Origin: an uncultured Chloroflexia bacterium | GTDB lineage: Bacteria; Chloroflexota; Limnocylindria; Limnocylindrales; CSP1-4 | Length of the DNA stretch: 64,000 nucleotides | Assembly: GCA_963721015.1 (NCBI GenBank) | Contig: CAVRHM010000002.1 | Location: 258,924 to 322,923 of the forward strand | Direction of reading: 5' to 3' | Shown here: positions 29,051 to 37,959 of the stretch, piece by piece | Numbering within the stretch: the stretch's first letter is position 1 | How the letters are laid out: each line of letters opens with the position of its first letter | Notes under the pieces: generated by a model | What the model saw: the letters and a program-made list of their open reading frames with translations, nothing else | What the model was told of the DNA's origin: nothing | The model's database searches: none | Translations under genes and position numbers: made by a program

Positions 29051-30046
29051 TCATCTGGCCGCTGCGGTCTGTTGGTCCCGTGACAGCGTCGCCGCTGATC
29101 CGATGTTGGCCTCGCCTGCCACGAGCAGGACGGCCTTCCCCGGCCCGCCGCGCTGACGGGTCGCCCCGTAGGCCTCGTGTCCCTCGGCGAGCGGGAGCTC
29201 GGCCGACACGATCGGTCGGACTTGTCCGGCGTTGATCAATCGGCCGATCTCGATCAGCTGCCCACGGTCCGGCCGCACGACGAACCAGATCGCCCGTCGG
29301 TCGTCGGCGGGCTCGCGATCAGGTGGGCGCGGGACGGCGATCGAGACGAGTCGACCAGCGGGGCGGAGCACGCTCCAGGACCGCTCCCAGGTTTCGCCCC
29401 CGACCGTGTCGAACACGAGGTCCAGATCGCCCACGACATCCTCGAAGCGCTGTGATCGGTAGTCGATCACCTCGTCGGCCCCGAGCTCCCGGACCAGCGC
29501 CATGTCGCGTGCAGAGCCGGTCGCCGTGACATGGGCCCCTCGCCAATGGGCGAGCTGGACGGCGAAGGTGCCGACGCCACCCGCGCCACCATGGACGAGG
29601 ACCCGCTGACCGGGCGAGAGCTCGCCGTGGTCGAACAGCGCCTGCCACGCCGTCAGCGCCGAGAGCGGGACAGCTGCCGCCCGGGCGTGGGTCAAGCTGG
29701 CCGGTTTCGGGGCCAGCTCGGTGGCCTGCACGGCAACGTACTCGGCGTCAGCGCCGTCTCGCCGCACGTCGATGTAGCCGAACACCTCATCCCCGACGGC
29801 GAGGCCCGTGGTGGCCGGCCCGACCGTGGCGACGACGCCGGCCACCTCGTGCCCTGGGACGATGGGTGGCGTGCGAGGCGTGCCGTCGTGACGAAGCCAA
29901 ACCCCGGGCCAGTCGAGCTCGCCCGGGCTGACGCCACTGGCGTGGACCCGGACCAGGACATCTCCTCGCCCGAGGGTGGGCACGGGCGCCTCCTCGAAGA
30001 CCAATCGGGACGGGTCGCCCTGACCGTAGGCGTGCAATGCGCGCAT
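29051..30046 (-). CDS. Zinc-type alcohol dehydrogenase/quinone oxidoreductase-like NAD(P)-dependent oxidoreductase (MDR superfamily)
   Basis: Track ORF 29051..30055. GHEVAGVV and VLVHGGAGGVGTFAVQLA motifs. ATG 30046 lies 10 nt after AAGGAG. Confidence 0.8.
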   Translation of the reverse strand: MRALHAYGQGDPSRLVFEEAPVPTLGRGDVLVRVHASGVSPGELDWPGVWLRHDGTPRTPPIVPGHEVAGVVATVGPATTGLAVGDEVFGYIDVRRDGADAEYVAVQATELAPKPASLTHARAAAVPLSALTAWQALFDHGELSPGQRVLVHGGAGGVGTFAVQLAHWRGAHVTATGSARDMALVRELGADEVIDYRSQRFEDVVGDLDLVFDTVGGETWERSWSVLRPAGRLVSIAVPRPPDREPADDRRAIWFVVRPDRGQLIEIGRLINAGQVRPIVSAELPLAEGHEAYGATRQRGGPGKAVLLVAGEANIGSAATLSRDQQTAAAR

Positions 30047-30154
30047 GGTGCTCAATCTCCTTCTGGCGATCGACCCCTCGCCGTCAGTGGCGGGGCCGAA
30101 CGACGCGCGGATCCGCGCCGTCCGGCCCGTTACGCATCCAGATCACTGTCCGGG

Positions 30155-31357
30155 CTAGCGCAGTGCCCGGAACGCGGCCCGAACCTCGGCGGAGAAGAGC
30201 TGCGGCTCTTCCCAGGCCGCGAAGTGGCCGCCCTTGTCGGCCTCGTTGAAGTAGGCGAGGTCTGGGTAGACCGCCTGGACCCAGCTCCGCGGCGACGCCC
30301 AGATCTCGCCGGGGAACGTCGTGAAGCCGACCGGGACGGTGACCGCTGGAGGCGGCTGGCCGCTGGCCAGCGCTGCGGCCAGCGCTCGTGCGTCCTCCCA
30401 GTACGACCGGGCCGCGGAGGCCGCGGTGCCGGTCATCCAGTAGAGCGTGATGTTGTCGAGGATGTTGTCCCGGGTGAGCCGCCCGACGGGCTCGCCGTCG
30501 ACGAAGGCGCGGGAGATCTTGTAGTAGCTGTCCGTGTCGTGATCGAGCAGCCACGCGGCCAGGGCCACGGGGGAATCCAGCAGGGCGTAGCTGATCGTCT
30601 GTGGCCGCGTGGCCATCTCGAGGAAGTAGCCGAAGCCATCCTGCTTGAACGTCGCGACCGCTGTGCCCGCCGCGCGTTCCTGTTCGGACTCCCGGGGCAG
30701 ATGATCGCCGACGGCGAGCACAGCCGTGAGCAGGTTCAGGTGATAGCCGGCCAGACCCTCGACGGCCTGGCGACCCATCAAGTCCGTCACGAGAGCACCC
30801 ACGTCTCCGCCCTGGGCGACGTAGCGCGTATAGCCGAGGCGCTGCATCAGCTCGGCCCACGCGCGTCCGGTCCGGGCGGCGTCCCAACCGAGCTCGGCCG
30901 GTTCACTGGAGAACCCATAGCCGGGCAGGGACGGAAGCACGAGGTGGAAAGCGTCATCGGGGGTGCCGCCATGGGCCGTCGGGTCGGTCAGCGGTCCGAC
31001 CGTGTCGAGCAGCTCGATGACCGAGCCGGGCCATCCGTGCGTCATGATCAACGGCAACGCGTGCTCATGCCGAGACCTGACGTGGATGAAGTGGATCTCG
31101 ACCCCGTCGATCTCGGTCGTGAACTGTGGCAGCGCGTTCAGCCTCGTCTCGATCCGCCCGAAGTCGTAGTCGGTCGCCCAGTAGCGGGCGAGCGCTCGGA
31201 TGGTCGCCGACTGGACGCCCTGCGACCGATCCTCGACGAGCTCCTTGGTGGGCCAGCGCGTCGCCGCGATGCGCCGGCGCAGGTCGTCGATCTGTTGCCC
31301 AGGGATCTCGATCGTGAACGACCGGATCTCCGCCGGGGTGGCGACAGCTGTGCTCAT
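30155..31357 (-). CDS. Epoxide hydrolase (EHN N-terminal domain + alpha/beta hydrolase), paralog 2
   Basis: Internal ATG 31357 of track ORF 30155..31522 (MSTAVATPAEIRSF...). Same motif set as paralog 1: [39 protein letters not shown]. Confidence 0.8.
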   Translation of the reverse strand: MSTAVATPAEIRSFTIEIPGQQIDDLRRRIAATRWPTKELVEDRSQGVQSATIRALARYWATDYDFGRIETRLNALPQFTTEIDGVEIHFIHVRSRHEHALPLIMTHGWPGSVIELLDTVGPLTDPTAHGGTPDDAFHLVLPSLPGYGFSSEPAELGWDAARTGRAWAELMQRLGYTRYVAQGGDVGALVTDLMGRQAVEGLAGYHLNLLTAVLAVGDHLPRESEQERAAGTAVATFKQDGFGYFLEMATRPQTISYALLDSPVALAAWLLDHDTDSYYKISRAFVDGEPVGRLTRDNILDNITLYWMTGTAASAARSYWEDARALAAALASGQPPPAVTVPVGFTTFPGEIWASPRSWVQAVYPDLAYFNEADKGGHFAAWEEPQLFSAEVRAAFRALR

Positions 31358-31474
31358 GAGGCCCTCCGCTTCATGTGACGAACGGCCCGCGATGCGGTCG
31401 GTTCGTCCGCTCGGCGATCTCCTGCGAGATCCCCTGTCCCCATCCAACCCCATCGGAGGCGGCCGGTCGATCAG

Positions 31475-31500
31475 ACGAACGTATCGGGCGATACCTTCGT
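31475..31500. promoter_or_regulatory. 26-nt near-perfect palindrome in the divergent control region (candidate transcription-factor site)
   Basis: ACGAACGTATCG-GG-CGATACCTTCGT, 12-nt arms with one mismatch. The half-motif GACGAAC also occurs as an inverted pair at 31377-31383 and 31401-31407. Confidence 0.35.
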
Positions 31501-31694
31501 ATCGCTTATGGCTGCGCCTCACCGCCCGCTCGCTCCCGCCGCCCTCGATCCGTCACCCGATACCAAGGTCTGATCGACGGCGCCGCCCGGCCGGGCACAC
31601 TGCCTTGAGACCCCCCACGCCGAGGAGGCATGATGGAGACCTCGATGGACCCTTCATCGATCGCCACGCGCGCGAATGCGCCGAGGAGGCCCAC

Positions 31695-33206
31695 TTGGCG
31701 AGCGAGCGGAGCCTTGAGCTCATCATCGACGTCGTCCCAGCGATGGTCTGGTCGGCCGGGCCGGATGGCAGTGCTGACTACTTCAACCGGCACTACCTGG
31801 ACTTCATCGGCCTCACGTCCGAGCAAGCAAGCGGCTGGGGCTGGAGCGCCGCCGTGCACCCCGACGACATGACCGGCCTGGCGGCGACGTGGGGGCAGAT
31901 CCTGGCGTCGGCCGCGCCGGGCGAGGCCGAGGCGCGGCTTCGTCGCCACGACGGGGAGTACCGGTGGTTCCTGTTCCGGACGAGCCCGTTGCGCGATGCC
32001 GACGGCGAGATCGTCAAGTGGTATGGCGTCAACACGGACATCGAAGACCGAAAGCAGGGCGAGGCAGAACTCAGGCGGGCGTATGACAGCTTCGCCGACG
32101 CCCAGCGCCTCAGCAAGACGGGCAACTTCACCGCCGACATCGCCGTCGACGACCACATCTGGTCCGACGAGCTCTACCGGATCTTCGAGATCGATCCGTC
32201 GACGAAGATCTCCGTCCAGATGGTGCGTGACATCATCCATCCGGACGACCTCGCCAAGTTCGATGCCGACTTCACGCGATCACTCGGCGGCGTGGACTTC
32301 GACCAGGTCTTCCGCATCGTCCCGGCGAGTGGGAACGTCAAGCATGTCCACGCCGTCGGTCACCTGATCGAGCGGGTCGCCGGCCGTCCGTTGTTCATCG
32401 GCGCCATCCAGGACGTGACCGAGCGGGTCGCCGCCGAGGACGCGCTGGATCGAGCCCGTTCTGACCTCGCCCGCGTGTCGCGGACGACGACGTTGAGCGC
32501 CTTGACCGCGTCGATCGCGCACGAGGTGAACCAGCCCCTGTCGGGGATCATCACCAACGCCAATACCTGCCTGCGCATGCTCGATGCCGAGAGCCCGGAC
32601 ATCGAGGGAGCGAGGGAGACGGCCCGGCGGACCATCCGCGACGGCAACCGCGCTGCCGATGTCGTCGCCATGGTCCGGGCGTTGTTCAGCAAGAAGGACT
32701 TCACGCTCGATGCGATCGATCTGAACGAGGCCACCCGGGAGGTGATCGCGCTGTCGTCTGCCGACCTCCAGCGCCAGCGCATCGTGCTGCAGTCGGAGCT
32801 ACAGGCCGATGTCCCGACGATCTCGGGCGACCGCGTCCAGCTCCAGCAGGTCGTCCTGAACCTGCTTCGTAACGCGGCCGATGCGATGGCCGACGTCGGC
32901 GATCGGCCGAGGCAGTTGTTGGTCCGGTCCGAACGGGACGATGGCGATTCCGTGCGGCTCAGCGTGCGGGATAGTGGCGTGGGCGTGGATCCCGAGAGCC
33001 TCGACAAGCTGTTCAGCGCGTTCTTCACGACGAAGACGGGCGGCATGGGGATCGGTCTGTTCGTCAGTCGCTCGATCATCGAGCGCCACCAGGGGCGCCT
33101 GTGGGCCGAGCCGAACCTTGACGGCCCGGGCACGACCTTCTCGTTCTCCATCCCTCGCACCATCGGACGGATCCCGGACACGCCCACGCTCGTCGGCACG
33201 TCGTGA
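31695..33206 (+). CDS. PAS-domain sensor histidine kinase (two PAS/PAC modules + HisKA + HATPase_c), no TM segment seen
   Basis: In-frame 3' part of track ORF 31200..33206. TTG 31695 lies 5 nt after GAGGAGG. PAC-like WFLFRTSPLRDADGEIVKWYGVNTDIEDRK; H-box SIAHEVNQPLSG; N/G boxes NLLRNAADAM, DSGVGV, GGMGIGL. Confidence 0.8.
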   Translation: MASERSLELIIDVVPAMVWSAGPDGSADYFNRHYLDFIGLTSEQASGWGWSAAVHPDDMTGLAATWGQILASAAPGEAEARLRRHDGEYRWFLFRTSPLRDADGEIVKWYGVNTDIEDRKQGEAELRRAYDSFADAQRLSKTGNFTADIAVDDHIWSDELYRIFEIDPSTKISVQMVRDIIHPDDLAKFDADFTRSLGGVDFDQVFRIVPASGNVKHVHAVGHLIERVAGRPLFIGAIQDVTERVAAEDALDRARSDLARVSRTTTLSALTASIAHEVNQPLSGIITNANTCLRMLDAESPDIEGARETARRTIRDGNRAADVVAMVRALFSKKDFTLDAIDLNEATREVIALSSADLQRQRIVLQSELQADVPTISGDRVQLQQVVLNLLRNAADAMADVGDRPRQLLVRSERDDGDSVRLSVRDSGVGVDPESLDKLFSAFFTTKTGGMGIGLFVSRSIIERHQGRLWAEPNLDGPGTTFSFSIPRTIGRIPDTPTLVGTS

Positions 33207-33592
33207 AGGGCGAGGCGCCGCTCGTATCGATCGTCGACGACGACATCTCGGTCCGCGAATCGTTGCCGCCGCTGCTCCAGCAGGTGGGGTACTCGGCGAC
33301 GGCGTTCTCCTCAGCCGAGGCCTTCCTCGCTTCGGATCGGATCGACGAGACCCGCTGCCTGCTCCTCGACATCGCGATGCCGGGGATGTCCGGCACCGAA
33401 CTGCAGCAGGTCCTCAAGCAGCGGCGCCAGGGGATCCCCATCATCTTCGTCACGGCCCAGCCCGATCCGAACCTGCGACCTCGCCTCATGGCGGCCGGAG
33501 CCGTCGAATGCCTGTACAAGCCGTTCAGCGAGGCGGCATTGCTGGACGCGCTCGATGCCGCGATCGGGTCGGGGGACGGTCGCGGAGGCTGA
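33203..33592 (+). CDS. Single-domain (CheY-like) response regulator receiver protein
   Basis: Track ORF 33203..33592. GTGA overlap with the kinase stop. VSIVDDD...LLLDIAMPGMSG...IIFVTAQ...KPF receiver signature. Confidence 0.8.
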   Translation: MKGEAPLVSIVDDDISVRESLPPLLQQVGYSATAFSSAEAFLASDRIDETRCLLLDIAMPGMSGTELQQVLKQRRQGIPIIFVTAQPDPNLRPRLMAAGAVECLYKPFSEAALLDALDAAIGSGDGRGG

Positions 33593-33628
33593 GCGGTCAG
33601 CGGCGCACCCGCCACGCCGTATAGTGGC

Positions 33629-34285
33629 TTGGCACCCTTGGATCTGATCGAGGCCGTCACCGTGCCCGGTACGCCCATCGTCTACGTCGTCGACGACGAC
33701 GTCTCCGTTCGCGAGTCCCTGGAACTCCTGCTAGCGACTGAAGGCTGGCAAGCGGCGTCGTTCGCGTCGGCACAGGACTTCCTTGACCAGCCACGCGCGG
33801 TCGTGCCCAGCTGCCTCGTCCTGGACGTCGGCCTGCCGGGCCTCGATGGGCTTGGATTGCAGCAGCGCATCGCTGACCGCAGCGAGGTCCCGATCATCTT
33901 CATCACCGGTGATGGCGACGTGCCGACGTCGGTCCGCGCGATGAAGGCCGGGGCCGCCGAGTTTCTCACCAAGCCGATCGCTGTCGACGCGCTGGTGAGC
34001 GCCATCGCCAGCGCCATCGAGCGAAGTCGCGCCACCCTCGAGCTCAACGCCGAGATGCAGGCGCTGCGAGCCGACTACGAGTCGTTGACGCCGCGCGAAC
34101 GCGAGGTGATGGCGTTGGTCGTCACGGGTCTCCTGAACAAGCAGGTCGCCGGCGAGCTCGGCATCAGTGAGATCACGGTGAAGGCGCACCGCGGGCAGGT
34201 GATGCGCAAGATGCAGGCCGGCTCCCTGCCGGACTTGGTCGGCATGGCTGCGCGCCTTGACATACCGTCGCGACACGTTCCCTGA
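33629..34285 (+). CDS. FixJ/NarL (LuxR-type HTH) family response regulator
   Basis: Track ORF 33629..34285 (TTG; an alternative GTG at 33662 lies 8 nt after GAGG). Receiver (VYVVDDD, LVLDVGLPGLDG, FITGDGD, TKP) plus a GerE HTH (LTPREREVMALVVTGLLNKQVAGELGISEITVKAHR). Confidence 0.85.
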   Translation: MAPLDLIEAVTVPGTPIVYVVDDDVSVRESLELLLATEGWQAASFASAQDFLDQPRAVVPSCLVLDVGLPGLDGLGLQQRIADRSEVPIIFITGDGDVPTSVRAMKAGAAEFLTKPIAVDALVSAIASAIERSRATLELNAEMQALRADYESLTPREREVMALVVTGLLNKQVAGELGISEITVKAHRGQVMRKMQAGSLPDLVGMAARLDIPSRHVP

Positions 34286-34297
34286 TCCTCGGACAGG

Positions 34298-35857
34298 TCA
34301 GCGGGGGCTAGCGTCGATCCGTGGCTGATGCACCGGGAAGGTGTGGTCAGCCCAGATCTGGCGGGACGTCTCCTCGGGGTAGGCGGCGACGGTCGACTGG
34401 GCGTCGAAGAGCTGCACGAGGCGACGCTCAGCGTCGTACGTGGTCCAGCCGGGGTCGCCGTGGGTGGCGAACCGGGTCCACGCCGCCCGCATGTGCGCGG
34501 ACAGGGCTTCGGCCTCATGGTTCGGTCCGTCGCCGATCAATAGGGCTGGCAGGCCGCGGTCCAGGTTGCCGAAGACCAGCGGCACGTCGAGGCCATGGCA
34601 GGCCCCGAAGACGCCGCCGCCGCCCGGCGCGGGCCAGGTGAGCTCGTAGACATGGGCACGGCCGCCGCCGACGGTCTGGGCCTCCGCGAGATGGAGGGTC
34701 GGCATCCGGAACAGCCAGTCGGAGTTGACCAGCTCGAAGAGCTCGTCCGGCCCGGCGGCCGGGAAGCCCTCCCGGTACCGGCGCGCGCCGTCCGGGCCTG
34801 GGCCGAGGACGTCGAGGGCGGTCGCCGCCTCCTCCTCGGTCACCCCGCCCAGCCGTCCGTCGAGTGCCGTGAACAGCCGCTGCTCGTCACGCGTGTGGCC
34901 GACGAGCAGGTCGATGTCCCGGCCGGCATCCTCGGCCAGGGCCTGCCACGGCGTGACCGGCAGCGTGTCGCCATCGACGATCGGCGAGAACGGGATCGAG
35001 CGGTAGGCGACCTGACCCCAGCGGTGGGTCCACCGGGCCGTCGTGGCGCCGATCGCATCACCGGCGGCGGACAGTCGGGCCGGATCGACCGTCGACAGGT
35101 CGGCCGTGGTCGGCCGCAGCCCCAGTTCGGCGGCGCAGGCCGCGGCGACGTCGGAGGCGAGCTCGGGCGAGAAGTACGTGCCCTGCACGCTTTGCGCGAC
35201 GGCCCGGCGAACGAGCCCGGCGGCCCGCGGCATCGCCAGGAGCGCGGCGACCGATCCGCCGCCGGCCGACTCGCCGAAGACCGTGACCCGGTCAGGGTCG
35301 CCGCCGAAGGCCCGGATGTTGTCCTGCACCCACGCCAATGCCGCGACCTGGTCAAGCAGGCCCCGGTTGGCAGGCGCTCCATCGATCTGCGCGAAGCCTT
35401 CGATCCCGACGCGGTAGTTGAAGGTCACCATGACGACGCCGCCGTCCCGGGCCAGGCGGCCGCCGTCGTATTCGGGCAGGCTGGACATGCCGATCGTGTA
35501 CGCGCCGCCGTGGATCCAGACCATCGTCGGCAGCCTTGCGCGCGGGCCCGGCTCGGGCGACCAGACGTTGATCGTCAGCCAGTCATCGCCCGCCGCCTGT
35601 GCCAGGCGGTCCATGCCGAACGCGGCGGCCTGCGGGGGAGGCGGTCCGTACGACACGGCCTCCCGCACCCCGTCCCAGCCGGCGGCCGGCCGGGGTGCGG
35701 CGAATCGCAAGGCGCCGACCGGCGGCTCGGCGAACGGGATGCCCCGGAAGACCGCCACGCCCGCCTCCCAGCTGCCGCGCAGGGACCCGACTGACGCGCG
35801 GACTTCGGGCCGGGTGGAGGGCGTCGTCGCAACCGTCCCGGTTTCGTCACCGCGCAT
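34298..35857 (-). CDS. Type B carboxylesterase/lipase (para-nitrobenzyl esterase-like)
   Basis: Track ORF 34298..35857. FRGIPFAEPPVGALRF and the nucleophile elbow FGESAGGGS. Confidence 0.85.
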   Translation of the reverse strand: MRGDETGTVATTPSTRPEVRASVGSLRGSWEAGVAVFRGIPFAEPPVGALRFAAPRPAAGWDGVREAVSYGPPPPQAAAFGMDRLAQAAGDDWLTINVWSPEPGPRARLPTMVWIHGGAYTIGMSSLPEYDGGRLARDGGVVMVTFNYRVGIEGFAQIDGAPANRGLLDQVAALAWVQDNIRAFGGDPDRVTVFGESAGGGSVAALLAMPRAAGLVRRAVAQSVQGTYFSPELASDVAAACAAELGLRPTTADLSTVDPARLSAAGDAIGATTARWTHRWGQVAYRSIPFSPIVDGDTLPVTPWQALAEDAGRDIDLLVGHTRDEQRLFTALDGRLGGVTEEEAATALDVLGPGPDGARRYREGFPAAGPDELFELVNSDWLFRMPTLHLAEAQTVGGGRAHVYELTWPAPGGGGVFGACHGLDVPLVFGNLDRGLPALLIGDGPNHEAEALSAHMRAAWTRFATHGDPGWTTYDAERRLVQLFDAQSTVAAYPEETSRQIWADHTFPVHQPRIDASPR

Positions 35858-35863
35858 CGCCGG

Positions 35864-36691
35864 TCAGGTGAGCGTGCTGGTCGCGTTGACGACGGCCACG
35901 CCGACCGGATGGCTCTTGCCCTTCAAGCTCAACGAGCGACGCTCGAAGGCGTCGCCGGTCAGCCCGGCGCCGGCGATGGCCGCCTCGGTGATCAGGATCT
36001 CGCCGGGTCCGGCGGCTGATGCCAGACGCGCCGCGACATTGACCTCGTCGCCCATCGCGGTGAGCTCGGTGTCGGGGCCGTCGCCGATCGTCCCAACGTA
36101 CGCCTCGCCCGTGTTCACCCCGACGCCGATCGGCACCCACGGATCGCCACCGCCGCCGTGACCGGTCCGGTGCAGCAGCTCGACAGCCGCGGTCAGTGCG
36201 ACGCGGGCGTGATCCGCACCGGCCATCGACGGGACGAAGATGGCCACGATCTCGTCGCCGGCGAACTTGTCGACGATGGCGTCGTGCTTGACCAGCACGG
36301 CCGTCGCCGTGTCGTAGAACCGACCCATCAGCTGGCTGAACTCGAGCGGACGCATCGTCTCGGCGAGCGGCGTGGAGCCGCGCACGTCGGCGAACAGCAG
36401 CGAGCACTCGACCTCGGCGCCACCATGGTTCTGGCGCAGGAATCGGAAGCAGGCATCGCAGTACTTCCCGTTCTTGGCCCATGGACCGTTGCCCGTGGCC
36501 CGCATGATGGCGCCGCCCAACCCGCCGAACGGGCGCGTGCAGCCCTTGCAACGCGGCTCGCTCGGGAGGTGACGGTACAGGAGCGGGCCGACCAGGCGGC
36601 GGCGCTCCTCGATGGCGTGTCCTCCCATCAGCATCGCGCGCCAGACCGCCTCGGGCACCTGTCCGTCGAGTCGGCTCTCGGGATCGACCAC
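35864..36691 (-). CDS. Class III adenylate/guanylate cyclase with N-terminal four-Cys zinc-ribbon-like segment
   Basis: Track ORF 35864..36691. CKGC...(about 25 aa)...CDAC, then the cyclase core LLFADVRGSTPLAE, KFAGDEIVAIF, GVNTGEAYVGTIG, MGDEVNVAARL. Confidence 0.75.
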   Translation of the reverse strand: MVDPESRLDGQVPEAVWRAMLMGGHAIEERRRLVGPLLYRHLPSEPRCKGCTRPFGGLGGAIMRATGNGPWAKNGKYCDACFRFLRQNHGGAEVECSLLFADVRGSTPLAETMRPLEFSQLMGRFYDTATAVLVKHDAIVDKFAGDEIVAIFVPSMAGADHARVALTAAVELLHRTGHGGGGDPWVPIGVGVNTGEAYVGTIGDGPDTELTAMGDEVNVAARLASAAGPGEILITEAAIAGAGLTGDAFERRSLSLKGKSHPVGVAVVNATSTLT

Positions 36692-36826
36692 GCGCGAAGC
36701 CTACAGCGCGCGTATCCGGGGCGATGTCGTCACCCGACACCCGCCGCGGAAGTCACGACGGATGACGATGCGCCCCGGCGACCCGCGTCGGTGGCGTGAC
36801 AAGCGTCGGGCCGCGAGGATCGCAGG

Positions 36827-37774
36827 ATGGCCACCCACGTCTCGGCGCTCCGCCGTCCGCTCTCGCTCCTCGACTTGGCGTTCCTCCTGTTCCTTGGAGC
36901 CGTCTGGGGGGCGGCATTCCTCTTCTATCGCATCGCTGCGCCCGAGGTCGGGCCCGCCTGGGCGGCTGAGACCCGTCTCGTCGTCGGCGCGTCGATCCTG
37001 GTCCTCATCGCCGGTCGGCCGACGCTCATCGCCGTCCGCGGTCGGGTGGTGAGCTTCGCGATCGTGGGAGCCCTGTTCGCGGCACTTCCGTTCCTGCTGA
37101 TCTCGTACGCCACGGTGACGTTGCCAGCCGGTTTCACCGCGCTGCTGAACGCGGCGACACCCCTGTTCACGGCGGCCATCGGTGTCGCATTCCTGGGCCA
37201 ACGGCTCGCCTGGCGGGTCGTGGCCGGGCTCGCGGTCGGCGTCGTCGCGGTGATCGTGCTCGTCGGCTGGTCGCCGCTCGAGCCAGGTCCGGCGACGATC
37301 CTCGCGGTCGCGGCGGGCCTCGGCGCTCCCGCGAGCTATGCGATCGCGGGCAACTACGTGCGCGCCAGATTGGCCGACGTCGAGCCGACGGAACTCGCGA
37401 CCGGGATGCTCGTCGCCGGCAGCATGATCGCCTTGCCGATCGCGCTGCTGTCGGGTGCGCCCGGGACGCCAGCGCTCGACGGCGCGGTCTCCTTGCTGGC
37501 TGTCGGCGTGCTCTCGACCGCGATCGCCTGGCCGATCTTCTTCCGGGTCCTGCGCCGGACGACGCCGACCGCGGCGAGTACCGTAACGTTCATCGTCCCG
37601 GCGTTCGCCCTGACGTGGGGCTCGATCGCGCTCGGGGAGCCGGTCGGCATCGGCTTGGTCGTCGGCTTCGGCCTGATCCTCATGAGCCTCATGCTCGTGC
37701 TCGGGATGGTGCCCGCCGCTCGACTCCCCATCGTCGCGCGGACCGCGGCTCGGCTTCGCGCGGCCGCGGCGTGA
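36827..37774 (+). CDS. EamA/DMT-superfamily transporter
   Basis: Track ORF 36827..37774. About 10 predicted TM helices with a duplicated EamA-like architecture. Confidence 0.75.
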   Translation: MATHVSALRRPLSLLDLAFLLFLGAVWGAAFLFYRIAAPEVGPAWAAETRLVVGASILVLIAGRPTLIAVRGRVVSFAIVGALFAALPFLLISYATVTLPAGFTALLNAATPLFTAAIGVAFLGQRLAWRVVAGLAVGVVAVIVLVGWSPLEPGPATILAVAAGLGAPASYAIAGNYVRARLADVEPTELATGMLVAGSMIALPIALLSGAPGTPALDGAVSLLAVGVLSTAIAWPIFFRVLRRTTPTAASTVTFIVPAFALTWGSIALGEPVGIGLVVGFGLILMSLMLVLGMVPAARLPIVARTAARLRAAAA

Positions 37775-37959
37775 TCGCGGCGGCGTGACCGCGAACTGAC
37801 CCCTTCACCGTCCGCGGGTCGCCCGGGGGGTGTGGGAGGGCGGTACGCGGCGCGCATCGCTGGGATCGTCGCAGACGGATCAGCAGGGTCTCATCCGTTT
37901 CTCACGAAGTCGACGCACGGTACGGACAGCCGCGAGATCCGACCGAGGAAGGACGACCG

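Noticed and set aside
31630-31694. ATG-ATG at 31630 (preceded by GAGGAGG) as the histidine kinase start.
   Set aside because: It is out of frame with the PAS/kinase body and would need an extra indel. An in-frame TTG at 31695 has an equally good RBS at ideal spacing. I kept ATG 31630 as a minor alternative only.
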